Assembly (NCBI RefSeq): GCF_006345805.1
Contig: NW_021823919.1
Location: forward strand, 1-20,687
Reading direction: 5' to 3'
Source of the DNA: Octopus sinensis
Taxonomy: Eukaryota
DNA: 20,687 bases
Shown here: positions 1 through 10,427 of the stretch, piece after piece
Numbering within the stretch: position 1 is the stretch's first letter
Layout of the letters: each line of letters opens with the position of its first letter
Notes under the pieces: generated by a model
Databases searched by the model: none
Told to the model about the DNA's origin: nothing
Seen by the model: the letters and a program-made list of their open reading frames with translations, nothing else
Translations under genes and position numbers: made by a program

Positions 1-64
1 GGGCTAACTTTATTTATATTATTTACATTGGACGCATATGTGTCCTCATCTTGTTTGTTGTTAC

Positions 65-107
65 CACAGCGCTTCGGCTGGTTTACTCTGCCACCTTCAT
101 CAGGTGT
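65..107 (-). ncRNA. Degenerate minimal type I hammerhead ribozyme (PLE terminal-repeat type)
   Basis: Minus strand reads ACAC-CTGATGA-A-GGTGG-CAGAGTAAA-CCAGCC-GAAG-CGC-T-GTG. It has an intact CUGAUGA box, a bulged stem II and stem I CAC/GTG. GAAACGT is altered to GAAGCGC, so it is probably inactive. Confidence 0.6.
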
Positions 108-133
108 TCTGGTGGAATTTTGAACCCGAACCC

Positions 134-164
<31 letters not shown>

Positions 165-303
165 GACGAGAGACTCCATTATCATATATACACATATACA
201 TAGATAGATAGATAGATAGATAGATGGAGGGATGGATGGATGGATGGATGGAACGCATAGATAGATAGATAGATAGGTAGATAGATAGATAGATAGATAG
301 ATA
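134..303. repeat. (TA)n, (GATA)n and (GGAT)n microsatellites
   Basis: Directly visible tandem repeats with short interruptions. Confidence 0.9.
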
Positions 304-305
304 AG

Positions 306-670
306 TTTCTTTATTGGCCACACAGGGCTGCACACAGATGGGACAAGTTACAAGGTAGAGCTTTTCTTTTGGGGGAGAAAAAAAAAAGGTGGCGTAGGTT
401 TTCGATCAAAAGGGATCGTAAAAGGAAAAAAAGAACAAAAAAGAAGAAAAAAGAAAAAAAGGGGAGGAAAAAAAAAGCAAAAAGGGAAAAGGAACAAAAG
501 AAAAGAAAAATGAAAAAAGAAGAAAAAAGAGGAAAAGTGGGGAAGAGGAAAAAACGTTCAATAGGGATCGTGTATCACAGTGTCATGATGTATGGTGTAA
601 AGGGGAAAGCAAGTAAGGTTTATCCGTGGGAAGAAAAGCCTACGAAAAAGACCACGGTAACCTTGGTCAA
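306..670 (-). mobile_element. Probable 3'UTR/tail of a non-LTR retroelement
   Basis: Minus strand has a long pyrimidine tract and ends in GCCCTGTGTGGCCAATAAAGAAA followed by (TATC)n. Its last 41 nt match the SINE-B tail at 34/41. No coding part is present, so the family is unassigned. Confidence 0.5.
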
Positions 671-760
671 TAGATAGATAGATACATAGATACATACATA
701 CATACATATATACATATTTTAATCTGATGTTTCTATTATTGTTATTATTGTTTCTTCAAG

Positions 761-814
761 GCACTGCCTGGAATTGAACTCGGAATCTTGGGATAGGTAG
801 CCCAACTCTTAACC
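761..814 (-). mobile_element. tRNA-derived SINE head fragment
   Basis: Minus strand GGTTAAGAG...GAGTTCAATTCC shows a partial A box and a B box with tRNA-like spacing, but no acceptor stem. Confidence 0.55.
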
Positions 815-1297
815 TGATAAAGGCTGGAGAGTAAAATGTCTGGAAGGTTATCTTTGACTGTTTTTATTTGTATTGCTTTTACTGTCCTGTTCTTGTTACC
901 ACTTCTACCCCTTCGCAAAAAATCCCAAATTTTATTTAATTTGCTTTGCGGGAAGGACTGCTTCAACGAAGTCGCGTCTTGTCCTTACCTTCGAAACGCG
1001 AAGTAGATGAAACAGGGACATCTGAAGAAGGGGAAATGTTCCTTGTGTTGTATGTCTCGTACTCTGTTTTTCGTTGTTTGAAAAAAGTCCGTTTCCATGT
1101 TTTTGTTTTTATGTTTTCGTTTCTCATTGTCTTTAACTTTCTTTTGGTGTCCTGTACCCATATATGCATGTATATATACATATAGATGTAGGTATGTACA
1201 TATATGTATGTATATATGCATATGTTTTATTTATTATTTTGTTATTATATGATAGAACGCACGCATCCACTTCTAAGTAACCTTTATCTATTTATTA

Positions 1298-1365
<68 letters not shown>

Positions 1366-1370
1366 GTCTG

Positions 1371-1433
<63 letters not shown>

Positions 1434-1509
1434 GTCTGTCTGTCTATCTATCTATCGATATATCTTCTATCTATCTATCGATCTATCTATCTATCTATCT
1501 ATCTGTCTG

Positions 1510-1586
<77 letters not shown>

Positions 1587-1617
1587 TATTCTATCTATCT
1601 ATCTATCTATCTGTCTG

Positions 1618-1659
<42 letters not shown>

Positions 1660-1673
1660 ATCCCATCTATCTA

Positions 1674-1713
<40 letters not shown>

Positions 1714-1727
1714 CTATCTATCTATCT
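1298..1727. repeat. (TATC)n/(TGTC)n microsatellite, ~430 bp
   Basis: Directly visible. Confidence 0.97.
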
Positions 1728-1757
1728 ATATGCTTTATTTAAAAGCAGCAGAAATTC

Positions 1758-1810
1758 AACAAAACCTGTTACTCGGAGTTTCACGTTCCCGTTCGTCGGA
1801 CAGTTTTGTT
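1758..1810 (-). ncRNA. Minimal type I hammerhead ribozyme fold (U4C core variant)
   Basis: Exact reverse complement of 2158-2210. Confidence 0.72.
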
Positions 1811-2157
1811 AAAATAGAACCGATATGACAATTCTATCAAGACTAGTATAAACATTACACCTTTAAAAATGGACTTGTTTGATTGGTCCTTTCAAATAAT
1901 GGTCATATGCGAGCGATAAACAAAAATAAACAAAACAAATAAATGAGTTCAATTTAAAATATAAAATTATAAAAATCGAGGAAAAACCTTAAATCGAAGC
2001 TTTGGTTCAAATACATATTGCCATTATTAATGCAGAAAATATAATTAATACATAAAAATTGAAATTAAAATATTAAAATATATTAAAATATTTCACAACA
2101 GTACATACTGTAACGTTTATACTATTCTTGATAGAATTGTCATATCGGTTCTATTTT

Positions 2158-2210
2158 AACAAAACTGTCCGACGAACGGGAACGTGAAACTCCGAGTAAC
2201 AGGTTTTGTT
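2158..2210 (+). ncRNA. Minimal type I hammerhead ribozyme fold (U4C core variant)
   Basis: Stem I AACAAAACTGT/ACAG(G)TTTTGTT; core CCGACGA (2169-2175); stem II ACG-GGAA-CGT; GAA; near-palindromic stem III ACTC-C-GAGT; GUA triplet with predicted cut after 2198. Confidence 0.72.
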
Positions 2211-2306
2211 GAATTTCTGCTGCTTTCAAATAAAGCATATTACTCTACCACTGGTATTTGAGTACTCTTGTTTCCACCTTGTTTCACATTTATGTATTTA
2301 CTCCGG

Positions 2307-2337
<31 letters not shown>

Positions 2338-2340
2338 GTG

Positions 2341-2542
2341 TGACCTCGTGTGTACCGTTGCCGATTTTTTTCCTCTGTCTTCCCTTCTCTGGATCTTTCC
2401 TTCTCCTATGTTTCCGACGAAGAGCTCCGCTCGAAACGTTAAACACTCCTTCTTTCCTTCTTTCCGGAGCGTCCAACAATACTTTATTTGTTCCACGTCT
2501 TCGCGTTGTTGTGTTTTTTTGTGCTTTCTTGTTTGGATTAAC
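2341..2542 (+). mobile_element. Probable PLE terminal-repeat fragment inserted in (TA)n
   Basis: Pyrimidine-rich 200-bp segment bounded by (TA)n on both sides and containing a minimal hammerhead. Confidence 0.55.
2409..2445 (+). ncRNA. Minimal type I hammerhead ribozyme fold (U4C core variant)
   Basis: TGTTT-CCGACGA-A-GAGC-TCC-GCTC-GAA-ACGT-T-AAACA: 5-bp stem I, 4-bp stem II, palindromic ACGT stem III, GUU triplet with predicted cut after 2440. Confidence 0.75.
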
Positions 2543-2553
2543 TATATATATAT

Positions 2554-2589
<36 letters not shown>

Positions 2590-2592
<3 letters not shown>

Positions 2593-2658
2593 CGTCTATC
2601 GACTCAACTCTGAAGGCCTCGGTCAGCCCGTAGCTAGATCAGAAGACCCTTGACCAAG
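2590..2658 (-). mobile_element. Degenerate SINE-A fragment
   Basis: Similar to CCGTCTACCAAATCCACTCACAAGGCTTTGGTCGGCCCGAGGCTATAGTAGAAGACACTTGCCCAAG seen in the other SINE-A copies. Confidence 0.6.
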
Positions 2659-3204
2659 CTGCTGGGCAGCGGACCTGCACTTGACACAACTTTACTTCAA
2701 AGGGAATTCCCGAACTGCACAGTTATACCTGCGCCTGTAACCATAATATCTTCTATAAATAAACCATTCTGACGCAGAGTCAGTTTTGAAAGCAGAAAGT
2801 CGAGAGGTCTTAACTTCGATCGCGTAGTTGTGTTGCCGGCTTCTTAACCACATCGTGGCGCCGGTGTCAATAAAAGTCGATGACCGTCGGCTGCGAATCA
2901 CCACAAGTGCATCTGACAGATCTGCTGCTACGAGTATTCCAAAGAAATCATTTTATTATTGTCTTCGAGATTCTGGAGAGTAAATGATAGATTTGTGAAT
3001 AACAGAAATGACAGTTTCTCTGGGAATTAAACTGATTGCATTAAACGAATTTATGAATAAAAACAAATGTACGAATCGGACAGAAGCTGGAGAACCAGTT
3101 GAACATAAACAAAATGACGATTAGAATAATTAATGGAAACAAGGAACGAACCAGAGCTGGAATAATCGCCGAATTTTCGGGAAATTCAGGATATATATAT
3201 ATAT

Positions 3205-3370
3205 AGGTGTTGGAGTGGCTGTGTGTTAAGTAGATTGCTTACCAACCACGTGGTTCCGGGTTCAGTCCCACTGCGTGCCACATTGGGCAAGTGTCTTCTG
3301 CTATAGCCTCGGGCCGACCAAAGCCTTGTGAGTGGATTAGGTAGACGGAAACTGAAAGAAGCCCGTCGTA
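3205..3370 (+). mobile_element. SINE-A 5' half (tRNA-derived head)
   Basis: A-box-like GTGGCTGTGTG(G)TAAG and B-box-like GGTTCAGTCCC; near-identical to 3382-3548. Confidence 0.88.
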
Positions 3371-3381
3371 TATATGTATAT

Positions 3382-3544
3382 AGGTGTTGGAGTGGCTGTG
3401 TGGTGAGTAGCTTGCTAACCAACCACATGGTTCCGGGTTCAGTCCCACTGCGTGACACCTTGGGCAAGTGTCTTCTGCTATAGCCCCGGGCCGACCAAAG
3501 CCTTGTGAGGGGATTTGGTAGACGGAAACTGAATGAAGCCCGCC

Positions 3545-3620
<76 letters not shown>

Positions 3621-3914
3621 GTATATATGTATATATGCATGTGTATGTATGTATGTATGTATGTATGTATGTATGTATGTATGTATGTATGTATGTATGT
3701 GTGTGTACATGTTTGTATGTCTGTGTTTGTCACCCCCAACATCACTTGACAACCGATGCTGGTGTGTTTACGTCCCTGTAACTTAGCGGTTCGGCAAAGA
3801 GAACGATAGAATAAGTACTAGGCTTACAAAGAATAAGTCCTGGGGTGGATTTGCTCGACTAAAGGCGGTGCTCCAGCATGGCCACAGTCAAATGACTGAA
3901 ACAAGTTAAAGAGT
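3382..3914 (+). mobile_element. Full-length SINE-A with internal (TA)/(TATG) microsatellite
   Basis: tRNA head, internal microsatellite at 3548-3720, and a 3' half ending CAGTCAAATGACTGAAACAAGT. Same layout at 7088-7557 and 11884-12273. Confidence 0.9.
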
Positions 3915-4236
3915 AGACGAGAAAGTATATGTTCTACAAAATAAGCTACATTAAGGAAAATAATAGAAGAAAGATTTTGGGTTGAAGATTCAAAGAAAAT
4001 AACTAATATTAAGGTCTGTTTGGCGGCAGAATGTAGCTGTCATACTCTCTGGACGTTGTTACTACTGTTTAGTCCCAGGAATACATCAATTTCCAGCTGG
4101 CTGCCGACAGATGGTCTGCGTCCGTACACTGTGAGCAAATGAGTTTGTTGCTCCTTTTCTAGCCTTAGCAATACTTGTAGAACAATGGTTCTGGGTTATT
4201 TTCCTTCCTCGGTACAGAACAATCATCGGCTAGAGA

Positions 4237-4393
4237 TTGCTGCTACTACTACTACTACTGCTGCTACTACTACTACTACTACTACTGCTACTACTACTAC
4301 TACTACTACTTACTACTACTAATAATAATAATAATAATAATAATAACCATCATAATGATGATGATGATGATAATAATAATGATAATAATAATA

Positions 4394-4464
<71 letters not shown>

Positions 4465-4467
4465 AAT
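4237..4467. repeat. (CTA)n then (AAT/GAT)n microsatellite
   Basis: Directly visible. Confidence 0.97.
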
Positions 4468-5085
4468 ACATGGCATATTACCAGCCAAAGTACGCCACTA
4501 GCCCAGAAGGAATATAAGAGACGCCACGACAATATAGCGAGGATTGTCCATTGGACACTTTGCAACAAGTTTGGACTTGACAGAGCAAAAATTTTGTACG
4601 ACCACAAACCTGAAGGCATCGTCGAAAACAGGAATGCAAAGATCCTATGAAATTTTATGATTCAGTGCGACCATGAGATAGAGAATAGGAAGGTGGACAT
4701 AGTCTTAATTGAGAAAGAAAACAAACTATGCTGGATCATAGACATAGCATGCCCAGCTGACAACAAGGTATGCGATAAGGAAGGGAGAAAAGTCGATAGA
4801 TATGACAGGTTAGCTTGGGAGGTTAAGCAGTTGTGGTCGATGAAAAAGGTGGTAGTGCTACCAGTAATTGTCGGAACCCTGGGAACAGTGAGCAAAAATC
4901 TCGAGAAGTTCGTGGAACAAATAGGGGCTGCAATAAGGGTGGATCACTCGCGGAAAACAGCACTGCTTGGAACCGCTCGAATACTCCGGAAGGTGCTCGA
5001 AAAACTAAGAGGTGTTACCTTAGTTCACTGGTAGTGAACAGCTGACACCGTGGTACATCTCCAGTGTTAGAAGCTGTGCAAAGGT
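4468..5085 (+). mobile_element. 5'-truncated R4/Dong-type non-LTR retrotransposon (RLE domain plus 3'UTR), pseudogenised
   Basis: ORFs 4237-4650 and 4657-5034 share a frame, split by one TGA (4648-4650, likely from TGG). Translation shows the tail of the CCHC region (HITS), YKRRHD, RKVDIV (PD motif decayed), IIDIACP, K..RY..L and the terminal TALLGTARILRKVL. Flanked by (AAT)n on both sides. Confidence 0.9.
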
Positions 5086-6341
<1,256 letters not shown>

Positions 6342-6343
<2 letters not shown>

Positions 6344-6836
6344 GCCTTGATGCAGTACCAGGCAGTGGCTCTCATGGCTTCTGATCTCAACTGATTGGAA
6401 GTGTTATCATGTACATTGTTTTGTCTTGGTATAAAAGATGGGCTACAGCAAATATTCTGCTCAATACCACAGATTTGCTTGTCAGTTGTTTGACCTTAAC
6501 CAGTTGAGCATGTCCCTTAGTGGCTGACAATATGTGCATCTCTGATCACGAGCAGAAGTAGTGGGGGAGCATCATAGCCATGTGTTGAGAGGAAATCTTT
6601 GGGATCAGGATAATTCACCTTTCGAAACAATGCCCTGATGCAGTACCAGGCAGTGGCTCTCGTGGCTTCTGATCTTAACTGATTGGAAGTGTTATCATGT
6701 ACATTGTTTTGTCTTGGTATAAAAGATGGGCTACAGCAAATATTCTGCTCAATACCACAGATTTGCTTGTCAGTTGTTTGACCTTAACCAGTTGAGCATG
6801 TCCCTTAGTGGCTGACGATATGTGCATCTCTGATCA
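6342..6836 (+). mobile_element. Two tandem partial copies of non-coding element X (6342-6629 and 6630-6836)
   Basis: Both begin ATGCC(C/T)TGATGCAGTACCAGGCAG and are reverse complements of the right parts of 10428-10975 and 13081-13637. Strand is assigned by AAT polarity (inference). Confidence 0.85.
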
Positions 6837-6865
6837 TCTTTGATGATGATGATAATAATAATAAT

Positions 6866-6958
6866 GCTGCTTTTGCGCTTTGGTCTTGATATAAGGTCAA
6901 CATGTGGCTTTGATGCATGTGACTGGGGTACCCTTATCAAACGGGAAGTCATGATGTA
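6866..6958 (+). mobile_element. Diverged fragment of the distal part of element X
   Basis: TGATGCATGTGACTGGGGTACCCTTATCAAACGGGAAGTCATGATG matches the reverse complement of ~10494-10539. Confidence 0.65.
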
Positions 6959-7087
6959 CATGTTAACACTTCCAGTTAACATATTCTATTGGTTCTTGCC
7001 GAACCGCTAAGTTATAGGGACGTAAACACACACGTGGTGTTTGTCGAAAAACACAGACACAAAGACACACACACACACATTTATGTA

Positions 7088-7322
7088 TTCTATTATTCTG
7101 TTACTTGTTTCAGTCATTTGACTGCGGTCATGCTGGAGCACCACCTTCAGTCCAACGAGTCCACCCCACGACTTATTCCTTGTAAGCCTAGTACTTATTA
7201 TATCAGTCTCTTTTGCCGAACAGCTACGTTACGGAGACGTAAACACACCAACATCGGTTGTCAAGCGATGGTAGGGGAACAAACACAGACAAACAAATAT
7301 ATCTCTATCTATATAAACACGT

Positions 7323-7374
<52 letters not shown>

Positions 7375-7557
7375 GCGTGTGTGTGTACATACGGCGGGCT
7401 TCTTTCAGTTTCCATCTACCAAATCCACTCACAAGGCTTTGGTCGGCCCGAGGCTATAATAGAAGACACTTGCCCAAGATGCCACGCAGGGGGGGACTGA
7501 ACCCGGATTCATGTAGCTGGTAAGCAATCTACTTACCACACAGCCACGACTGCGCCT
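7088..7557 (-). mobile_element. Full-length SINE-A, with a further fragment at 6984-7030
   Basis: Reverse complement aligns with 3382-3914; internal (CA)/(TA) tract at ~7298-7391. Confidence 0.9.
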
Positions 7558-7699
7558 TCGTATATATTTATATACCACGTGATCATGTGGGCAACCAAAA
7601 AACCGGATGTTATACTTCGAGGGTTACAATACGGTTACAACTTTTATAGGTTTCGTCTGATGCCATCCCGCTGGTTAGGCCTTACCCTTCAACAGAATG

Positions 7700-7880
7700 C
7701 GGCCCGGTTGGCCCTTTTGAAATACAGACACTACATTTTCTTTTCTTATTTCCTAGCTGAATGTACTGAAGCAACGTGATATAGAGTGTCTTGCTCAAGG
7801 ACAAAACGCGTCACCGGGAACCGAACTCAGGCCTTAAGACCCTGACCGGAACATATGCTAAACACTCAGCCATGCGCCTT
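7700..7880 (-). mobile_element. Degenerate tRNA-derived SINE (family D)
   Basis: Minus strand GGCGCATGGCTGAGTG...GAGTTCGGTTCCC...GTCCTTGAGCAAGACACT...TCACGTTGCT; a related decayed copy lies at 13843-13960. Confidence 0.6.
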
Positions 7881-7903
7881 CACACACGCACGCATATATA
7901 TAT

Positions 7904-7963
<60 letters not shown>

Positions 7964-8272
7964 ATATGTATGTATGTATATATGTATGTATGTGGGTATG
8001 CATGTATGTATGTATGTAAGTGTGTATGTATGTATGTATGTATGTATGTGTGTGTATGTATGTACGTAAGTGTGTATGTATGATTGTATGTATGTAAGTA
8101 TGTATGTATGTGTGTATGTAGGTATGTATGCTTCTATCTATATATGTATGCAGCTATATATGTGTGTATGTATGTATGTATGTATGTATGTATGTATGTA
8201 TGTATGTATGTATGTATGTATGCATGTGTGTATGTATGTGTGTATGTATGTATGTATATATGTATGTATACA
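7881..8272. repeat. (TA)n/(TATG)n microsatellite
   Basis: Directly visible. Confidence 0.95.
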
Positions 8273-8491
8273 ATGGTCTTTTTTCAGGTTCCGTCTACCT
8301 AATCCACCCGAGACTGCTACCCGTATGCAGCGGCACACTAGCGGACACCAGACATTACTAAGTGTGCCGCTGTGTAACCTCAATATAATATCTTCCCTAT
8401 ACTCTTAACTATATCTTTAGCTCAGGTGTGCCGCCGAATTTTGAATAGAACATAAGTTCTATTCAAGATTGCGGAGCGCTGCTATAATATA

Positions 8492-9147
8492 TTTCTTTAT
8501 TGCCCACAAGGGGCTAAGCACAGAGGGGACAAGCAAGGACAGACAAAGGGATTAAGTTGATTACATCAACCCCAGTGCATAAGTGGTATTTAATTAAGGC
8601 GGCGAGCTGGCAGAACCGTTAGCACGCCGGGCGAAATGCTTAGCGGTATTTCGTCTGCGTTACGTTGTGAGTTCAAATTCGGCCGAGGTCGACTTTGCCT
8701 TTCATCCTTTCGGGGTCGATAAATTAAGTACCAGTTACGCACTGGGGTCGATGTAATCGACTTAATACCTATGTCTGTCCTTGTTTGTCCCTTCTGTGTT
8801 TAGCCCCTTGTGGGTATTAAAGAAATAGGCATTTTGTCTGCGTTACGTTGTGAGTTCAAATTCGGCCGAGGTCGACTTTGCCTTTCATCCTTTCGGGGTC
8901 GATAAATTAAGTACCAGTTACGCACTGGGGTCGATGTAATCGACTTAATACCTATGTCTGTCCTTGTTTGTCGCCTCTGTGTGTAGTCCCTTGTGGGTAA
9001 TAAAGAAATAGGTATTTAATTTATCGACCCCGAAAGGATGAAAGGCAAAGTCGGAATTTGAACTCAGCGGAATTTGAACTCAGAACGTAGCGGCAAAGGA
9101 AATACGGCTACGCATTTCGCCCGGCGTGCTAACGGTTCTGCCAGCTC
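8492..9147 (-). mobile_element. SINE-B on the minus strand, split by the insertion at 8596-9010
   Basis: The tail half (8492-8595) and head half (9011-9147) are contiguous in the family sequence once the insert and one TSD copy are removed. Confidence 0.88.
8596..9010 (+). mobile_element. SINE-B: head plus two tandem 183-bp bodies, 11-bp TSD
   Basis: Head GGCGGCGAGCTGGCAGAACCGTTAG, B box GAGTTCAAATTC, tail AATAAAGAAATA; TSD GGTATTTAATT at 8585-8595 and 9011-9021. Confidence 0.92.
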
Positions 9148-9157
9148 AGAAAACATT

Positions 9158-9232
9158 CACCCAACGTGCCACGCAGTGGGACTGAACCCGGAACAATGTG
9201 GTTGGTAAGCAAGCTAATTCCTACACAGCCAT
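9158..9232 (-). mobile_element. SINE-A head fragment, interrupted; remainder at 9773-9794
   Basis: GTGCCACGCAGTGGGACTGAACCCGGAAC matches the SINE-A head. Confidence 0.85.
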
Positions 9233-9772
9233 TGATGGAAGCACTCCGTCGGTTACGACGATGAGGGTTCCGGTTGAAATTAACGTGTAAGTGGCTGAGC
9301 ACTCCACAGACACGTGCACCCTTAACGTAGTTCTCGGGGATATTCAGCCTGACACAGAGAGTGACAAGGCCGGCCCTTTCAAATACAGGTACAACAGAAA
9401 CAGGAAGAAAGAGTGAGAGAATGTTGTGGTGAAAGAGTACAGCAGGGATCACCACCATCCCCTGCCGGAGCCTCGTGGAGCTTTTAGGTGTTTTCGCTCA
9501 ATAAACACTCACAACGCCCGGACTGGGAATCGAAACCGTGAACCTATGACCGCGAGTCCGCTGCCCTAACCACTGGGCCATTGCGCCTCCACGAAGGTAA
9601 GTAAAGAACTGGCGAAAGAGTACAGCAGGGATCACCACCCCCTGCCGGAGCCTCGTGGAGCTTTTAGGTGTTTTCGGTCAATAAACACTCACAATGCCCG
9701 GTCTGGGAATCGAAACCGCGATCCTACGACCGCGAGTCCGCTGCCCTAACCACTGGGCCATTGTGCCTCCAC
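9233..9772 (-). mobile_element. SINE-C (tRNA-Arg-like head): short copy at 9593-9772 plus long copy at 9233-9592, 13-bp TSD
   Basis: Minus strand GTGGAGGCGCAATGGCCCAGTGGTTAGGGCAGCGGACTCGCGG...GGTTTCGATTCCCAG; TSD CCTACACAGCCAT at 9220-9232 and 9773-9785. Confidence 0.9.
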
Positions 9773-9809
9773 CCTACACAGCCATACCGTGCCTATGACC
9801 GAAAATATA

Positions 9810-10373
9810 ATGTATGTCAAACTTTTGGTCTATATTGTAAACAAAGTCACAGTTTTTCTAGGTTTTCCAGTCTAGTCATGATAATTCGTTTAAGCTACTC
9901 TCCCGAGATTACTCAAACAATAACGTATTAATACGGCATTCTGGGTACTTGATGTATATTACTCTACTCTGTGTAGTTAGTTGTGTTATAAATATTAATC
10001 TGCTGCATCTGTTCAAACTGTTCCTAATCGTTTCTCTAAAGTGTGTGATGGGGGGGGGGCTGGTCTACGCTGTTTTTGTTTATTAAATTCTCATTTTCTC
10101 TCTGTCTGTGTGTCCGATTTTTTCTGTTGTTATCTCAGTTTCTTTATCTAAACTGAAATGAGTTTATTTTTAATTTTGTTTTTGTTCTTTTTCCGTTTCC
10201 ATAAATTCTCCTACCTTTGCGTTTTCTCTTCGAACAATTTTTCTCTGGTGAATTCCATATCAATAATATTAACAAGCTGTGTACAACCTGTGGCAGTGTT
10301 TTTTATCTTTTTCTTACCTGCAGCTGTACCCCTTGAGGTCGTCAATAAACAAATTATAGTCCCGTGTTTTCAC
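9810..10373 (-). mobile_element. Heavily decayed R4/Dong-type reverse transcriptase fragment
   Basis: Minus-strand pieces occur in the expected order across frameshifts: NLFIDDLKGY (YxDD-region motif), IDMEFTREK, ISLDKETEI, IRNSLNRCSRLIFITQL, LNELS*LDWKT*K. Confidence 0.6.
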
Positions 10374-10395
10374 ATCATCATCATCATCATTATTA

Positions 10396-10427
<32 letters not shown>

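Larger units (their letters stand above)
1728..2240. repeat. 132-bp inverted repeat (1728-1859 / 2109-2240) around a 249-bp AT-rich spacer; probable inverted PLE terminal repeats
   Basis: By-eye alignment gives 3 mismatches in 132 bp (left positions 1741, 1843, 1854). Each arm carries a hammerhead fold. Confidence 0.92.

Noticed and set aside
369-677. Lys/Arg-rich 102-aa ORF resembling a basic nuclear protein
   Set aside because: It is the purine strand of a retroelement 3'UTR pyrimidine tract and starts at TTG.
4010-4236. Possible old SINE/LINE tail fragment
   Set aside because: Only vague recalled similarity, with no second copy in the window to support it.
6342-6400. Possible HDV-like or hammerhead ribozyme at the end of element X (CTGATGC, GGCTCTCGTGGC)
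   Set aside because: I could not build P1/P1.1/J4-2, and there is no GAAA box. CTGACGA at ~6812 also lacks a downstream GAAA.
9700-9772. tRNA-Arg gene
   Set aside because: No acceptor stem or terminator; it continues into a SINE body and is duplicated within a TSD.
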